Of a stretch of DNA of 64,000 nt, positions 1 through 8,579 are shown one piece after another. The stretch is from an uncultured candidatus Porisulfidus sp. (GTDB lineage: Bacteria > Pseudomonadota > Gammaproteobacteria > Poriferisulfidales > Oxydemutatoraceae), in NCBI GenBank assembly GCA_965199685.1, contig OZ241323.1:2529940-2593939 (forward strand). Reading direction: 5' to 3'. Every line of letters starts with the position of its first letter. Within the stretch, counting starts at the first letter, position 1. A program made the position numbers and the translations under genes. The notes beneath the pieces were generated by a model. The model was not told the origin of the DNA and did no database searches. It saw nothing but the letters and a program-made list of their open reading frames with translations.

Positions 1-363
1 TTTGCCAAACATCGCTCGCCCCAGTGAATTTCTTGGCAACATGCCCTTGACAGCTTTCTCTATCACTCGCTCAGGATGCTCCTCCAACAACTTCTGTAGC
101 GATTGTGATTTTAGAGAACCGATATAGCCGCTATGACGGTAATACATTTTGTCGCGCATTTTATTGCCTGACACTGCCACTTTTTCGGCATTGATAACGA
201 TGATGTGATCACCGACATCCATATGCGGGGTGAACTGCGGCTTATGTTTGCCGCGCAAACGCCGTGCCACTTCGGATGCCAGCCTGCCGAGTGGTTGATC
301 AGTTGCATCCACTACAAACCAATCTCGTTTAATTTCATTAGCTTTTGCGCTGTATGTTTTCAT
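1..363 (-). CDS. rplM: 50S ribosomal protein L13 (N-terminal ~121 aa; gene continues past the window start)
   Basis: Reverse-complement translation from the ATG at 363..361 reads [85 protein letters not shown]. This matches the bacterial L13 N-terminus nearly residue for residue. The six-frame track omits it because the window edge removes the stop codon. Confidence 0.8.
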   Translation of the reverse strand, partial: MKTYSAKANEIKRDWFVVDATDQPLGRLASEVARRLRGKHKPQFTPHMDVGDHIIVINAEKVAVSGNKMRDKMYYRHSGYIGSLKSQSLQKLLEEHPERVIEKAVKGMLPRNSLGRAMFGK

Positions 364-562
364 TATTAATAACTATTAATTTAATTTATATACTTCCTTC
401 CTTCAAGGCAATGGGCTATCATAAACGAAATGATAGCTTTTAAGCAAGTCTTAATTTTATTGGGAGGGAATTCGTAGTGTATTATACAGCAAAAAGAGCG
501 TATGCGTGGTCTCAAAAACCACCATTCGTCTATCTAATCCTAAAACGATGATAGGAGGTAAT

Positions 563-2200
563 ATGCGTATCGTTATTATCGGGGCAGGCTTTGGTGGGGC
601 ATATACGGCTAAATACCTGCATAAAATCCTAGGCAAAAAACACCAAATAGAAATTATCAACAGAGAAAATTATTTTGTTTTCCAGCCGTTATTGCCGGAA
701 GTTGCATCGGGTGTCATTAATATACAAGATGCGGTCACACCAGTTAGATTAATGCTCAAGGATATAGACGTACGCTTAGCAAGGGTAATCGATATAGATA
801 AAGGCAAACAATGTGTCTATGTTTCCCAAGGTCCCGACTCCAAACTGATTGAAGTGCCGTTTGATCATTTAGTGATTGCCACCGGATTAAAACCTGAGTT
901 GTCTATGTTGCCGGGCTTCACCGAACATGCGCTGACAATGAAAAATCTCTCCGATGCGTATCTGCTTAGAAACCATGTCATTGAGCGTCTGGAAGAATCC
1001 GACAGCTATAAAGACGAGCAAACCATTGCAAAAAATCTATGTTTCGTAGTCGGAGGTGGCGGATTTTCCGGGATTGAAACAATCGGCGAGCTACAAGAAA
1101 TGATACATCGCACCTTGCGCTTCTATCCGCACATAAATAGAGATCAAATACGAATGGTGCTCGTGCATAGCGGCGATAGAATTCTGCCTGAGATGGGTGC
1201 AAAACTCTCGGAATATGTCAGGCATAAACTTGAAGCCAGAGGCATTGAGATTATCACCAACACCATGCTCACCGGAATGACTGCCGAGGCGGTAGAACTC
1301 GATAATGGCAAAATTATCAGCTGTAAAACGGTTGTTTCTACTGTCGGAAATTCGTTGCCGGAAATGGTACAAAACTTAGATTTTACGACTGAACACGGTA
1401 GATTATTGGTAGACGGCAAACTGCGCATTGTCGGTCATTCCAATATCTGGGCATTGGGTGATGTTGCACGGGTACCTAATGCGGTTTCTGAATTTAATCC
1501 CTGCCCACCCACTGCGCAGTTTGCAGTACGCCAAGCACAATGCCTAGCGACCAATATCGCTGCAGAAATAGAAAACCGCCCACTCACCGACTTTGGCTAC
1601 AAACCTAAAGGTTCACTCGCTTCTATCGGCGATTACAAGGGGGTTGCCGAGATCAGAAACTTTCGTATTTCGGGATTTATTGCCTGGGCATTATGGCGGG
1701 TCATTTATTTGGCAATGTTCCCTGGTGCTGTCTCACGGCTTCGCATCGCGCTCAACTGGTTGCTTGATTACTTTGTTCCCCGCAATATCGTCCATATACA
1801 ACAACACCTGCCTTCCAGTACTTGCTTCATACGCTTCAAGGCTGGTGATGTTGTGATCGGAAAAAATCAAATTCTACGCGGCTTATATACCGTAGTCAGA
1901 GGTCGTCTACAATTAGAAGTACATGAAGAAGATGGGAAAGTATTCAAGAGGGAGATTTTACCAGGCGATCATTTCGGCGAACGCACTATAGAAAAAAAGA
2001 TATTAACCACCGGGTCTCTTACCGCACTTGAAGAGAGTTATCTTATGTTTATAGAGCGTTCCGACTTCGCCAAACTGCGCGATTACTTACCCGGCTTCGG
2101 CAAGTACATCTCCTCATTGAATACCATTGCTGCGCGCTATTCAAAATCAATTGATGCCAAGCAGGCTCGCAGAATGCCGGGGATGCGAATACGTAGCTAA
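563..2200 (+). CDS. ndh: Type II NADH dehydrogenase (NDH-2) fused to a C-terminal cyclic-nucleotide-binding domain
   Basis: The start at ATG 563 is preceded by AGGAGG. The N-terminus carries a Rossmann GxGxxG motif (RIVIIGAGFGGAYTAKYL) and a second dinucleotide motif (CFVVGGGGFSGIETIGEL), as in Ndh. The C-terminal ~110 aa (FKAGDVVIGKNQILRGLYTVVRGRLQL...GDHFGERTIE...) has the CAP/cNMP-binding beta-roll signature with the FGE motif. Confidence 0.75.
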   Translation: MRIVIIGAGFGGAYTAKYLHKILGKKHQIEIINRENYFVFQPLLPEVASGVINIQDAVTPVRLMLKDIDVRLARVIDIDKGKQCVYVSQGPDSKLIEVPFDHLVIATGLKPELSMLPGFTEHALTMKNLSDAYLLRNHVIERLEESDSYKDEQTIAKNLCFVVGGGGFSGIETIGELQEMIHRTLRFYPHINRDQIRMVLVHSGDRILPEMGAKLSEYVRHKLEARGIEIITNTMLTGMTAEAVELDNGKIISCKTVVSTVGNSLPEMVQNLDFTTEHGRLLVDGKLRIVGHSNIWALGDVARVPNAVSEFNPCPPTAQFAVRQAQCLATNIAAEIENRPLTDFGYKPKGSLASIGDYKGVAEIRNFRISGFIAWALWRVIYLAMFPGAVSRLRIALNWLLDYFVPRNIVHIQQHLPSSTCFIRFKAGDVVIGKNQILRGLYTVVRGRLQLEVHEEDGKVFKREILPGDHFGERTIEKKILTTGSLTALEESYLMFIERSDFAKLRDYLPGFGKYISSLNTIAARYSKSIDAKQARRMPGMRIRS

Positions 2201-2214
2201 ACGAGCTGCTGAAA

Positions 2215-2468
2215 AAATGGTATTCCCCTTCTATGGAGGGGTGACAGGCCTATGTATTTTGTAATACACGCGTTTAGCAATCATGCTGAGGTTCTGCACA
2301 GTGTCACGCCGATTGACCTACTGGTTCAATCGGCGGCTATATCTGACGGGGTGGTTTTTTGCGTACCCACCATTTAGGACAAGCCTTAGCTTGTCTGACC
2401 TACATACCCATGTTAAGGTTCTGCACAAAGTTACGCCGTTTGTTGCAACAGCAACAAACGGCGGTATA
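2215..2468. repeat. Mosaic of short palindromic repeat modules (families P1-P4), locus R1
   Basis: It contains the palindromes cccctccaaaggagggg and ccgattgacctactggttcaatcgg, each flanked by the box gaggttctgcacagtgtcacgcc. It also contains ggacaagccttagcttgtc and ccgtttgttgcaacagcaacaaacgg. The same modules recur at the other repeat loci. Confidence 0.7.
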
Positions 2469-2496
2469 TAATTCTCTCAAACGGTTTGCTGTAGTT

Positions 2497-3336
2497 ATGC
2501 GATTATTGATTTTAATGTTGATTTTGCTTCCGAGATTTTTCGGTTATGCCGGAGAACACACTGAGGTACATCAGGCGTGTAGTTTGCTTGGCAACAAGCT
2601 GTCCTCGGTAAGCGTGCAAGAGTGTCTGAATCTGCAACTCGTCGGAACTGGTGCTTATACCGAGCAAGGGCACGCAATCCTATACAAGGAATACCCGCCG
2701 CTGGCGAGTAGAAAACCGCTGGCACGGGTTTTGTTTATTGGTGGTACTCACGGAGACGAGTATGCTTCGTTTAGCGTCTCTTTTAAGTGGATGGCAATAC
2801 TAGACCGCCATCATTCGGGGTTATTCCACTGGCATTTTGCACCGGCGATCAACTTGGACGGTTTGCTAAAAAGCCCTGCCACACGCACCAACGCCAATGG
2901 GGTAGATCTAAATAGAAATCTGGCAAGTGCCGATTGGGAAAGCGAAGCATTGTCGTATTGGATGCAGCAAACTGATAGCAACCCCCGTCGTTATCCCGGA
3001 CAATCTGCGCGCAGTGAAAGCGAAAGTCGTTGGCTGGAGCAGGAAATTGAAAACTTTCAACCTGATGTAATCGTCTCGCTACATGCGCCTTATGGCTTGG
3101 TTGACTACGACGGGCCGGCATCAGTAAAGCCTCCCACCTTTCTAGGTTCTTTGAAGTTTAGCGATCTAAAAACCTTTCCCGGTTCTTTAGGCCGTTATGC
3201 CGGCGAAGACTTGGCAATACCAGTGCTAACGATAGAATTGAAATCGGCGCGTTATATGCCCAGCGACCATGATTTGCGAACGATGTGGGTGGATCTAGTG
3301 CGCTGGCTTCGCTATAACGTGCCGCAATCCGACTAA
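2497..3336 (+). CDS. M14 zinc carboxypeptidase family protein (succinylglutamate desuccinylase/aspartoacylase/MpaA-like), secreted
   Basis: Zinc-ligand motifs are present: GGTHGDE (HxxE), NANGVDLNRNL (the M14 NRN motif) and SLHAPYG (the third His). A hydrophobic N-terminus follows the internal Met at 2497. The track ORF start at 2359 runs through a repeat element and is unlikely to be real. Confidence 0.6.
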   Translation: MRLLILMLILLPRFFGYAGEHTEVHQACSLLGNKLSSVSVQECLNLQLVGTGAYTEQGHAILYKEYPPLASRKPLARVLFIGGTHGDEYASFSVSFKWMAILDRHHSGLFHWHFAPAINLDGLLKSPATRTNANGVDLNRNLASADWESEALSYWMQQTDSNPRRYPGQSARSESESRWLEQEIENFQPDVIVSLHAPYGLVDYDGPASVKPPTFLGSLKFSDLKTFPGSLGRYAGEDLAIPVLTIELKSARYMPSDHDLRTMWVDLVRWLRYNVPQSD

Positions 3337-3730
3337 GTATGGGGCGGTTGAAAAAGTACCGCTATTGTATAAACCCAACCGCTTGCGCCATTTGGTTTTG
3401 GTTTCCATAAACGAAATGAATGAATGGATTGTTTGTTCAAGAACAACGCGTTAGGGAGGGCATGTGGGACTGTTGAAAAATAGAACCGCCGTTTGTTGCA
3501 GTAGCACAAACGGCGTGACTTTGTGCAGAACCTTAACATAATTGCTAAGCACATGCATTGCAAAATGCATAGGCCTGCCACCCCTCCAAAGGAGGGGAAT
3601 ATACTAATGCAGGTACTTTTTCAACAGCCCTATGTTAGCCCTCCCCTACAGGTGGTTATCGTTAATTTAGTGGTGCGTGGCGGTTACGTTTGTGCAGTGG
3701 GGCGGTACTTTTTCAACAGCCTCACATTCA
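3337..3730. repeat. Repeat-module mosaic, locus R2 (includes ctgttgaaaaagtac-type MITE ends)
   Basis: It contains gggcggttgaaaaagtaccgc, the module aaccgccgtttgttgcagtagcacaaacggcgtgactttgtgcagaacc, the module catgcattgcaaaatgcataggcctgccacccctccaaaggaggggaat, and two gtactttttcaacag ends. Confidence 0.7.
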
Positions 3731-3735
3731 GTCGT

Positions 3736-4902
3736 TTATACCCGCCCTTCAAAAATAATTTTCCATTCGCCATCCTCGCGTTGCCAAATTTGCTTTTTAC
3801 GATAAGCGATGTTGTAGTTATTGCTTTTATAGTCTTGGTCAAAATGCACGGTATAACGTTCCGGCTTCGTTGAATAGCGGAATAAATCTATCTCTTTAAT
3901 TGCCACCTTAACGAAGGTTTTCTTTTTAGCGTTGCGACGGGTTTGTTTCAGCATTTGTTGATAATTAAGTTTCATATCTTGATATTCCTCAGAGTAATGC
4001 TCTAAGTACCGTGCTACATCTAAACTTTGCCAATCACTTTGCCATTGTTCTATCTTTGATAATAGTTGTTTCCGGTGTGCTTGCCACGACACGGTATCTA
4101 ACCAGTCGACTTGGTTTGCTAATACCACCGGCGTTTGGGTCGGATCAATGTGATCCTTCAGCCATTGCATGACTGAGTTGCTACTAACGATGCAACCGCG
4201 GCTGGTCTCAGGGGGACGGCTGTAGGTGATACGAGGAACTCCGTGTAGCCATATCCCGGAACCGCTACGGCGTAGGGTTTGATCCCATTGGTTGGGATAA
4301 TTCAACACATAGGCTCCGATCCCATATAGTTCCGGCAATTGATCGTCATCCAAAGTATGGGTGATTTTATACACCCCGCTGGGCGTGCGATTGTCTCCTT
4401 CTCTCTCCTTATTCATACCGTCTTTGCCGGCGGATGCGTAATAGTCAGCAATTAAATGCGGTGTGCCTTGGTGATTTTCGAATACATATAAACGCGAGTA
4501 TTCGGCATCAAACAATAATACATGCCGGTGATTTTGCGACACCTGCATGATATTGGCAGGTAGCTCGTTTGATTTTGGCGGCGGCTGCATTAGGCGCGCA
4601 GTAGCTTCCTCCGCCAAATCGGCAATACGCGCCTTGCTTTGTGCGACAGGGTTCGCCAACAAAGGCGAATGTTGTGCTTGGGCAGCGATTAGATCTGCAT
4701 AGACCATTCTAGCAAGATGAAAGTTCGGGTGGTGTTCCAAAGTATCCACCAAAATAGACTTCGCTTTTTGTACCTCTCCGATAGAGATTGCGGCAAATGC
4801 CTTCTCCAAATTAATTTCAGCGGTTTCTTTTTCTATTGTGTCATTATCGGCAAGCGTGACCGAGGATAGAAAACACAACGCTAAAAAAATCGTTTTGCTC
4901 AT
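3736..4902 (-). CDS. L,D-transpeptidase (YkuD domain) with signal peptide
   Basis: A signal peptide is present (MSKTIFLALCFLSSVTLA). The catalytic YkuD motif HGVP...SRGCIVS (His...Ser-x-Gly-Cys) lies in the C-terminal half. Confidence 0.65.
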   Translation of the reverse strand: MSKTIFLALCFLSSVTLADNDTIEKETAEINLEKAFAAISIGEVQKAKSILVDTLEHHPNFHLARMVYADLIAAQAQHSPLLANPVAQSKARIADLAEEATARLMQPPPKSNELPANIMQVSQNHRHVLLFDAEYSRLYVFENHQGTPHLIADYYASAGKDGMNKEREGDNRTPSGVYKITHTLDDDQLPELYGIGAYVLNYPNQWDQTLRRSGSGIWLHGVPRITYSRPPETSRGCIVSSNSVMQWLKDHIDPTQTPVVLANQVDWLDTVSWQAHRKQLLSKIEQWQSDWQSLDVARYLEHYSEEYQDMKLNYQQMLKQTRRNAKKKTFVKVAIKEIDLFRYSTKPERYTVHFDQDYKSNNYNIAYRKKQIWQREDGEWKIIFEGRV

Positions 4903-4911
4903 TTTTAGATA

Positions 4912-5799
4912 TTACGACTGGCTGACAACGCGCTCGGATTTAATCTTCCAGCCGGCTTCGGTTTTATAGAATTCCAATTGTTTAATCACCGCACTTTTTA
5001 ACAAATTAGATTGATAATGTTGTCTGAATGTCAGCGTGGCATTGTTGTCGTCTTGTTTTTTGACGGAAAGGTCAGATATCCGAATATTGATGAATTGAGG
5101 ATTGACGATGCGCGTCTCTCGCAGTTTTCGCCAACGCAGATGCGCGGTTCCTGAGCGCGGGCGATAATCTTTGATATAGCTATCAAAATAAGCGTCTAGG
5201 TCTTGGCGGCTCCATGCGTCAGCCCACTGTTTTAGGCTCGCGGTGATTTGATCTTTATCGGTATCGGCAGGTGTCGGACGCGCTTCCTCAACCAGGGGTT
5301 TTTCTATGGTTTCTTCCGCCAGTACGAGTTCGGCTGCACTTGCTTTCTCGGCAGTATCATCATCAGTCGGCTGCGGAGTGTCAATAAGACTCAGCTTAGG
5401 CGTGGTTAATTTCAATGAATCTAAAGACAGTGCTTTTTTATATTCTTGTGCTGCTTGATAATTGTATAGGGATTGTAAGTTTTTATAGCTGACAGAAAGC
5501 GTAGGGTGACTTAAAATTGCGCGCTCTAGAAGTTTGATTGCAAGTGCAGGTTGATCTTGATGAACCGCAATAACCGCAAGATTATTCAATATCACTGGTT
5601 CGTCAGGATAATTTTCTTGTAATCGTTTGAATAAACGGTGCGCACCTTCCCAGTCGCTATTGTTAAATTTTTCTATTGCTTCACGATACGCAGGATCTTC
5701 GCCGATATCGGCACCCACGCTGGAGAGAGCAAATAACGAAGCAATAGCCGCTATCAAGCCGTATTTAATAACCCGTAAATTTATGCTTGTTTTCAACAT
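4912..5799 (-). CDS. TPR-repeat / NTF2-like (DUF4440/SnoaL-like) periplasmic protein
   Basis: It has a signal peptide, TPR-like helices (AYREAIEKFNNSDWEGAHRLFKRL...) and a C-terminal NTF2-fold signature (LKQWADAWSRQDLDAYFDSY...). Confidence 0.5.
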   Translation of the reverse strand: MLKTSINLRVIKYGLIAAIASLFALSSVGADIGEDPAYREAIEKFNNSDWEGAHRLFKRLQENYPDEPVILNNLAVIAVHQDQPALAIKLLERAILSHPTLSVSYKNLQSLYNYQAAQEYKKALSLDSLKLTTPKLSLIDTPQPTDDDTAEKASAAELVLAEETIEKPLVEEARPTPADTDKDQITASLKQWADAWSRQDLDAYFDSYIKDYRPRSGTAHLRWRKLRETRIVNPQFINIRISDLSVKKQDDNNATLTFRQHYQSNLLKSAVIKQLEFYKTEAGWKIKSERVVSQS

Positions 5800-5833
5800 A
5801 ACAAGTATTCTATATCCAAAAGGAATACCTTTT

Positions 5834-8563
5834 TCACGATTGGGGATCTGGTCTTTCTGTCGTTGTAGGTAGCTCTTTTAAGATAGAAAGGTCATAGGTT
5901 GTATTGAGATGATAAATCATCGGTCCTTTATATGGCGGTAAAATCTTAACTGTGGCATACTTCATGATGTTGTCTTCAACCAAATAAAGCATTGCATTAT
6001 CTATTTTTTTTCCGCCTTTACCCGAAACAAGTTTTCTTAAATTAGGAAAGTTATAGTAGCGGTATACTTTATAGTCGGATTTTAGAAAATCAAAAAAGTC
6101 GCGCTGATGTATATCGGACATAACATAAAGCCGAGAGCCTTTACTAATTGAATGTTCCAACACTGATTTAATTTGCTCCTTTGATACCGCAAACGGAAAT
6201 ATGCGTCGCTTGTTATCTCTACCTTCAGTCAATGCGGGCAAATGCATACACGCATAATAAACTTTATTTAGAGGAATGCTGTCATGTTGCTGATCCCATC
6301 CACTGCTGTTTACCCTATCTAAAAAATAACGTTGTGCCGTCATTGCATCCTCACGAGATATGCCTAAGGCATTCAGCATCTCATCAACTATTCTAATTAC
6401 TTTCTCCGAGTCCTGTTTTTCTCTCGTTGAAGGTGGCTCCTTAAAGAGCGAAAGGTCATAGACTGTATTGAGATGGTAACTCATCGGTCCCTTATGTGGC
6501 GGTAAAATCTTCACCGTAGCATACTTCATGATGTTTTTTTCAACTAAATAAAGCATCACATTATCTATTTGGCTGCCGTCCTCACCCGAAACAAGTTTTC
6601 TTAAATTAGGAAAGTCATAATAGCGATATACCTGATAATCTGATCTTAGAAAATCAGAAAACTCAGTCCTATGTATATCGGACATGATATAGAGCCGAGA
6701 ACCTTTGCTAATTGAATGTTTCAGCACTGATTGAATTTGCTTTTTTGATGCCGAAAACGGAAATATGGGTTGCCCGTAATCTCTATCTCTGATCGATGCA
6801 CGCACATGCATACACGCATAATAAACCTTATCCAAAGAAATGTCTTCGTGTTGCAAACCACTTATCTCGTGGTTTGTTCTATTTAGAAAATAATGTTGCG
6901 ATGCCATTGCAACTTTACGAGACACGCCTAAGACATTCAGTGTCTCGTCAACTGTTCTATTTACTTTCTCCGAATACGGAAAGTCTATATAGTAGTCATG
7001 TTGATACTTTTCGCAAGTGCTAACATAATCAAATGCCGGGTCTCTGCGAACCAACACATCATAGCGTTGATTCAGCTCCTCGCTGACGATTTCATCTGCA
7101 GCAAGGCTATATACTTTGTCGGGCGCATAACTAGCCAAATCGAATTCTTCCTCTTTAATCCAACCTTGATTGAGTGTACTAGATTTATGGCCTCCTTGTT
7201 CAAACTGAACAAGGATACTGTTTGATAAATCAAGGTAATCCTCAAAACGCAAGTTGATTCTACTATCACCCAAATTATGCGTTGAACTAATAGTAAATGT
7301 TCCGATGACAGGAATTCTATTTAGGTATTGAGCTTCCCTAAAGATAAGGTTCAACATTCCAAACACGTTATCAACACCGGTTTTACGCCCAGACATGGAA
7401 AATAAGAGATATTTGTTCGGCAGTAAATTTTTATTCAATGAAGATATTACTATCAACTTAGGATTTAATTTTTTCCGTTTAGTAACCCAAAATTTTTTAA
7501 TTTGCCTCCAAAACAGTCTCGTGGGTAACCGTTTTTTCACTGGTTTTTTATAGATTGATCTCGTGGATGGTGGTTTCTTTAAAAAAGTTAGATCGTAAAG
7601 CGTATTAAGGTTATAAATCATTGGGGCTTTGTGGGGTGCTAAAATCTTAACCGTGGCATACTTCATAATGTTTTTTTCAACCAGGTAAAGCATCACATTG
7701 TCTATTTTTTTACCGCCCTCACCCGAAACAAGTCCTCTTAATTTGGGAAAGTCATAATAGCGATATACCCGATAGTCTGATTTTAGAAAATCAAAAAAGT
7801 CAGGCTGATGTATATCGGACATGATATAGAGCCTTGACCTTTTTCTAATGGCGTGTTTAACTACCGACTCTATTTGCTCCTTAGCTGCCACAAATGGGAA
7901 TATGGGTTGCTCGTAATCTCTATCTTCAAAAGCTGCACGCACATGCAGACACGCATAATAAACTTTACGCAGAGGAATACTGTCATATTGCTGATCCCAC
8001 CCGCTACTGTTTACCCTATTTAGAAAATAATGTTGTGCCGCCATCGCATCATGGCGAGATATACCAAAAGCATCTAATACCTTGTCGGTAAGACTGTTTA
8101 CTTTCTCTGAATACAGAAAGTCTATCAAGTATCTATCGTATTTATATTTTTTACAAGCGATAGCATACTTAAATGTCGGGTCTCTACGGATCAACACATC
8201 GTAGTGTTGATTCATTTCTTCGGTGACGATCTCATCGGCGGCAAGGTTATATACTTTGTCGGGTGCATAACTAGCTAAATCCAGTTCTTGTTCTTTCATC
8301 CAATCTAGATGAGACGCAGTGGGTTTATGACATCCTTGATCAAGTTGAACAGTGACGCTGTCTGACAAATCAAGGTAATCTTCAAAGCGCAAATCGGTTC
8401 TGTTATCACCCATGTTATGCGTTTGGCTAATATTAAATTCTCCGATAACAGGAATTCTATTTAGATGTTGAGCCTCCTTGAAAATACGGTTCAACATACC
8501 AAACACATTATCAACACCTGTCTTACGCCTAGTCATCGAAAACAAAAGATATTTTTTTGTCAT
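5834..8563 (-). CDS. Fusion of 2.5 tandem fucosyltransferase-superfamily-like GT modules (module D1 aa 1-333, basic linker, D2 aa 384-715, D3 C-terminal half aa 716-909)
   Basis: Each module carries: KYLLFSMxRxxTGVDNxFGMLNRIFxEAQxLNRIPVIG (compare POFUT1 GYLLY...RFGNQ...LAFAKLLNRTLAVP); FEDYLDL; HVRASIxDRD (the H-[LV]-R Arg motif of GT23/GT65 enzymes); and LYIMSDIH (the hhhh[ST]D motif). D3 lacks the N-terminal ~150 aa, and its HVR motif is degenerate (HLPALT). Confidence 0.45.
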   Translation of the reverse strand: MTKKYLLFSMTRRKTGVDNVFGMLNRIFKEAQHLNRIPVIGEFNISQTHNMGDNRTDLRFEDYLDLSDSVTVQLDQGCHKPTASHLDWMKEQELDLASYAPDKVYNLAADEIVTEEMNQHYDVLIRRDPTFKYAIACKKYKYDRYLIDFLYSEKVNSLTDKVLDAFGISRHDAMAAQHYFLNRVNSSGWDQQYDSIPLRKVYYACLHVRAAFEDRDYEQPIFPFVAAKEQIESVVKHAIRKRSRLYIMSDIHQPDFFDFLKSDYRVYRYYDFPKLRGLVSGEGGKKIDNVMLYLVEKNIMKYATVKILAPHKAPMIYNLNTLYDLTFLKKPPSTRSIYKKPVKKRLPTRLFWRQIKKFWVTKRKKLNPKLIVISSLNKNLLPNKYLLFSMSGRKTGVDNVFGMLNLIFREAQYLNRIPVIGTFTISSTHNLGDSRINLRFEDYLDLSNSILVQFEQGGHKSSTLNQGWIKEEEFDLASYAPDKVYSLAADEIVSEELNQRYDVLVRRDPAFDYVSTCEKYQHDYYIDFPYSEKVNRTVDETLNVLGVSRKVAMASQHYFLNRTNHEISGLQHEDISLDKVYYACMHVRASIRDRDYGQPIFPFSASKKQIQSVLKHSISKGSRLYIMSDIHRTEFSDFLRSDYQVYRYYDFPNLRKLVSGEDGSQIDNVMLYLVEKNIMKYATVKILPPHKGPMSYHLNTVYDLSLFKEPPSTREKQDSEKVIRIVDEMLNALGISREDAMTAQRYFLDRVNSSGWDQQHDSIPLNKVYYACMHLPALTEGRDNKRRIFPFAVSKEQIKSVLEHSISKGSRLYVMSDIHQRDFFDFLKSDYKVYRYYNFPNLRKLVSGKGGKKIDNAMLYLVEDNIMKYATVKILPPYKGPMIYHLNTTYDLSILKELPTTTERPDPQS

Positions 8564-8579
8564 ATTCTTAAGTATACTT

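Noticed and set aside
457-660. 67-aa minus-strand ORF overlapping the ndh start
   Set aside because: It overlaps the RBS and N-terminal Rossmann motif of ndh on the opposite strand. The rplM-ndh divergent promoter region explains this interval.
2283-3873. Track ORFs 2283..2471, 3333..3581 and 3523..3873, plus the N-terminal 46 aa of ORF 2359..3336
   Set aside because: They lie entirely within repeat-module mosaics. The same 'protein' segments (MLRFCTVSRRLTYWFNRR..., CTKLRRL...) reappear wherever the repeat occurs (33851..34108, 44950..45186, 47921..48124), so they reflect repeat sequence and not coding.
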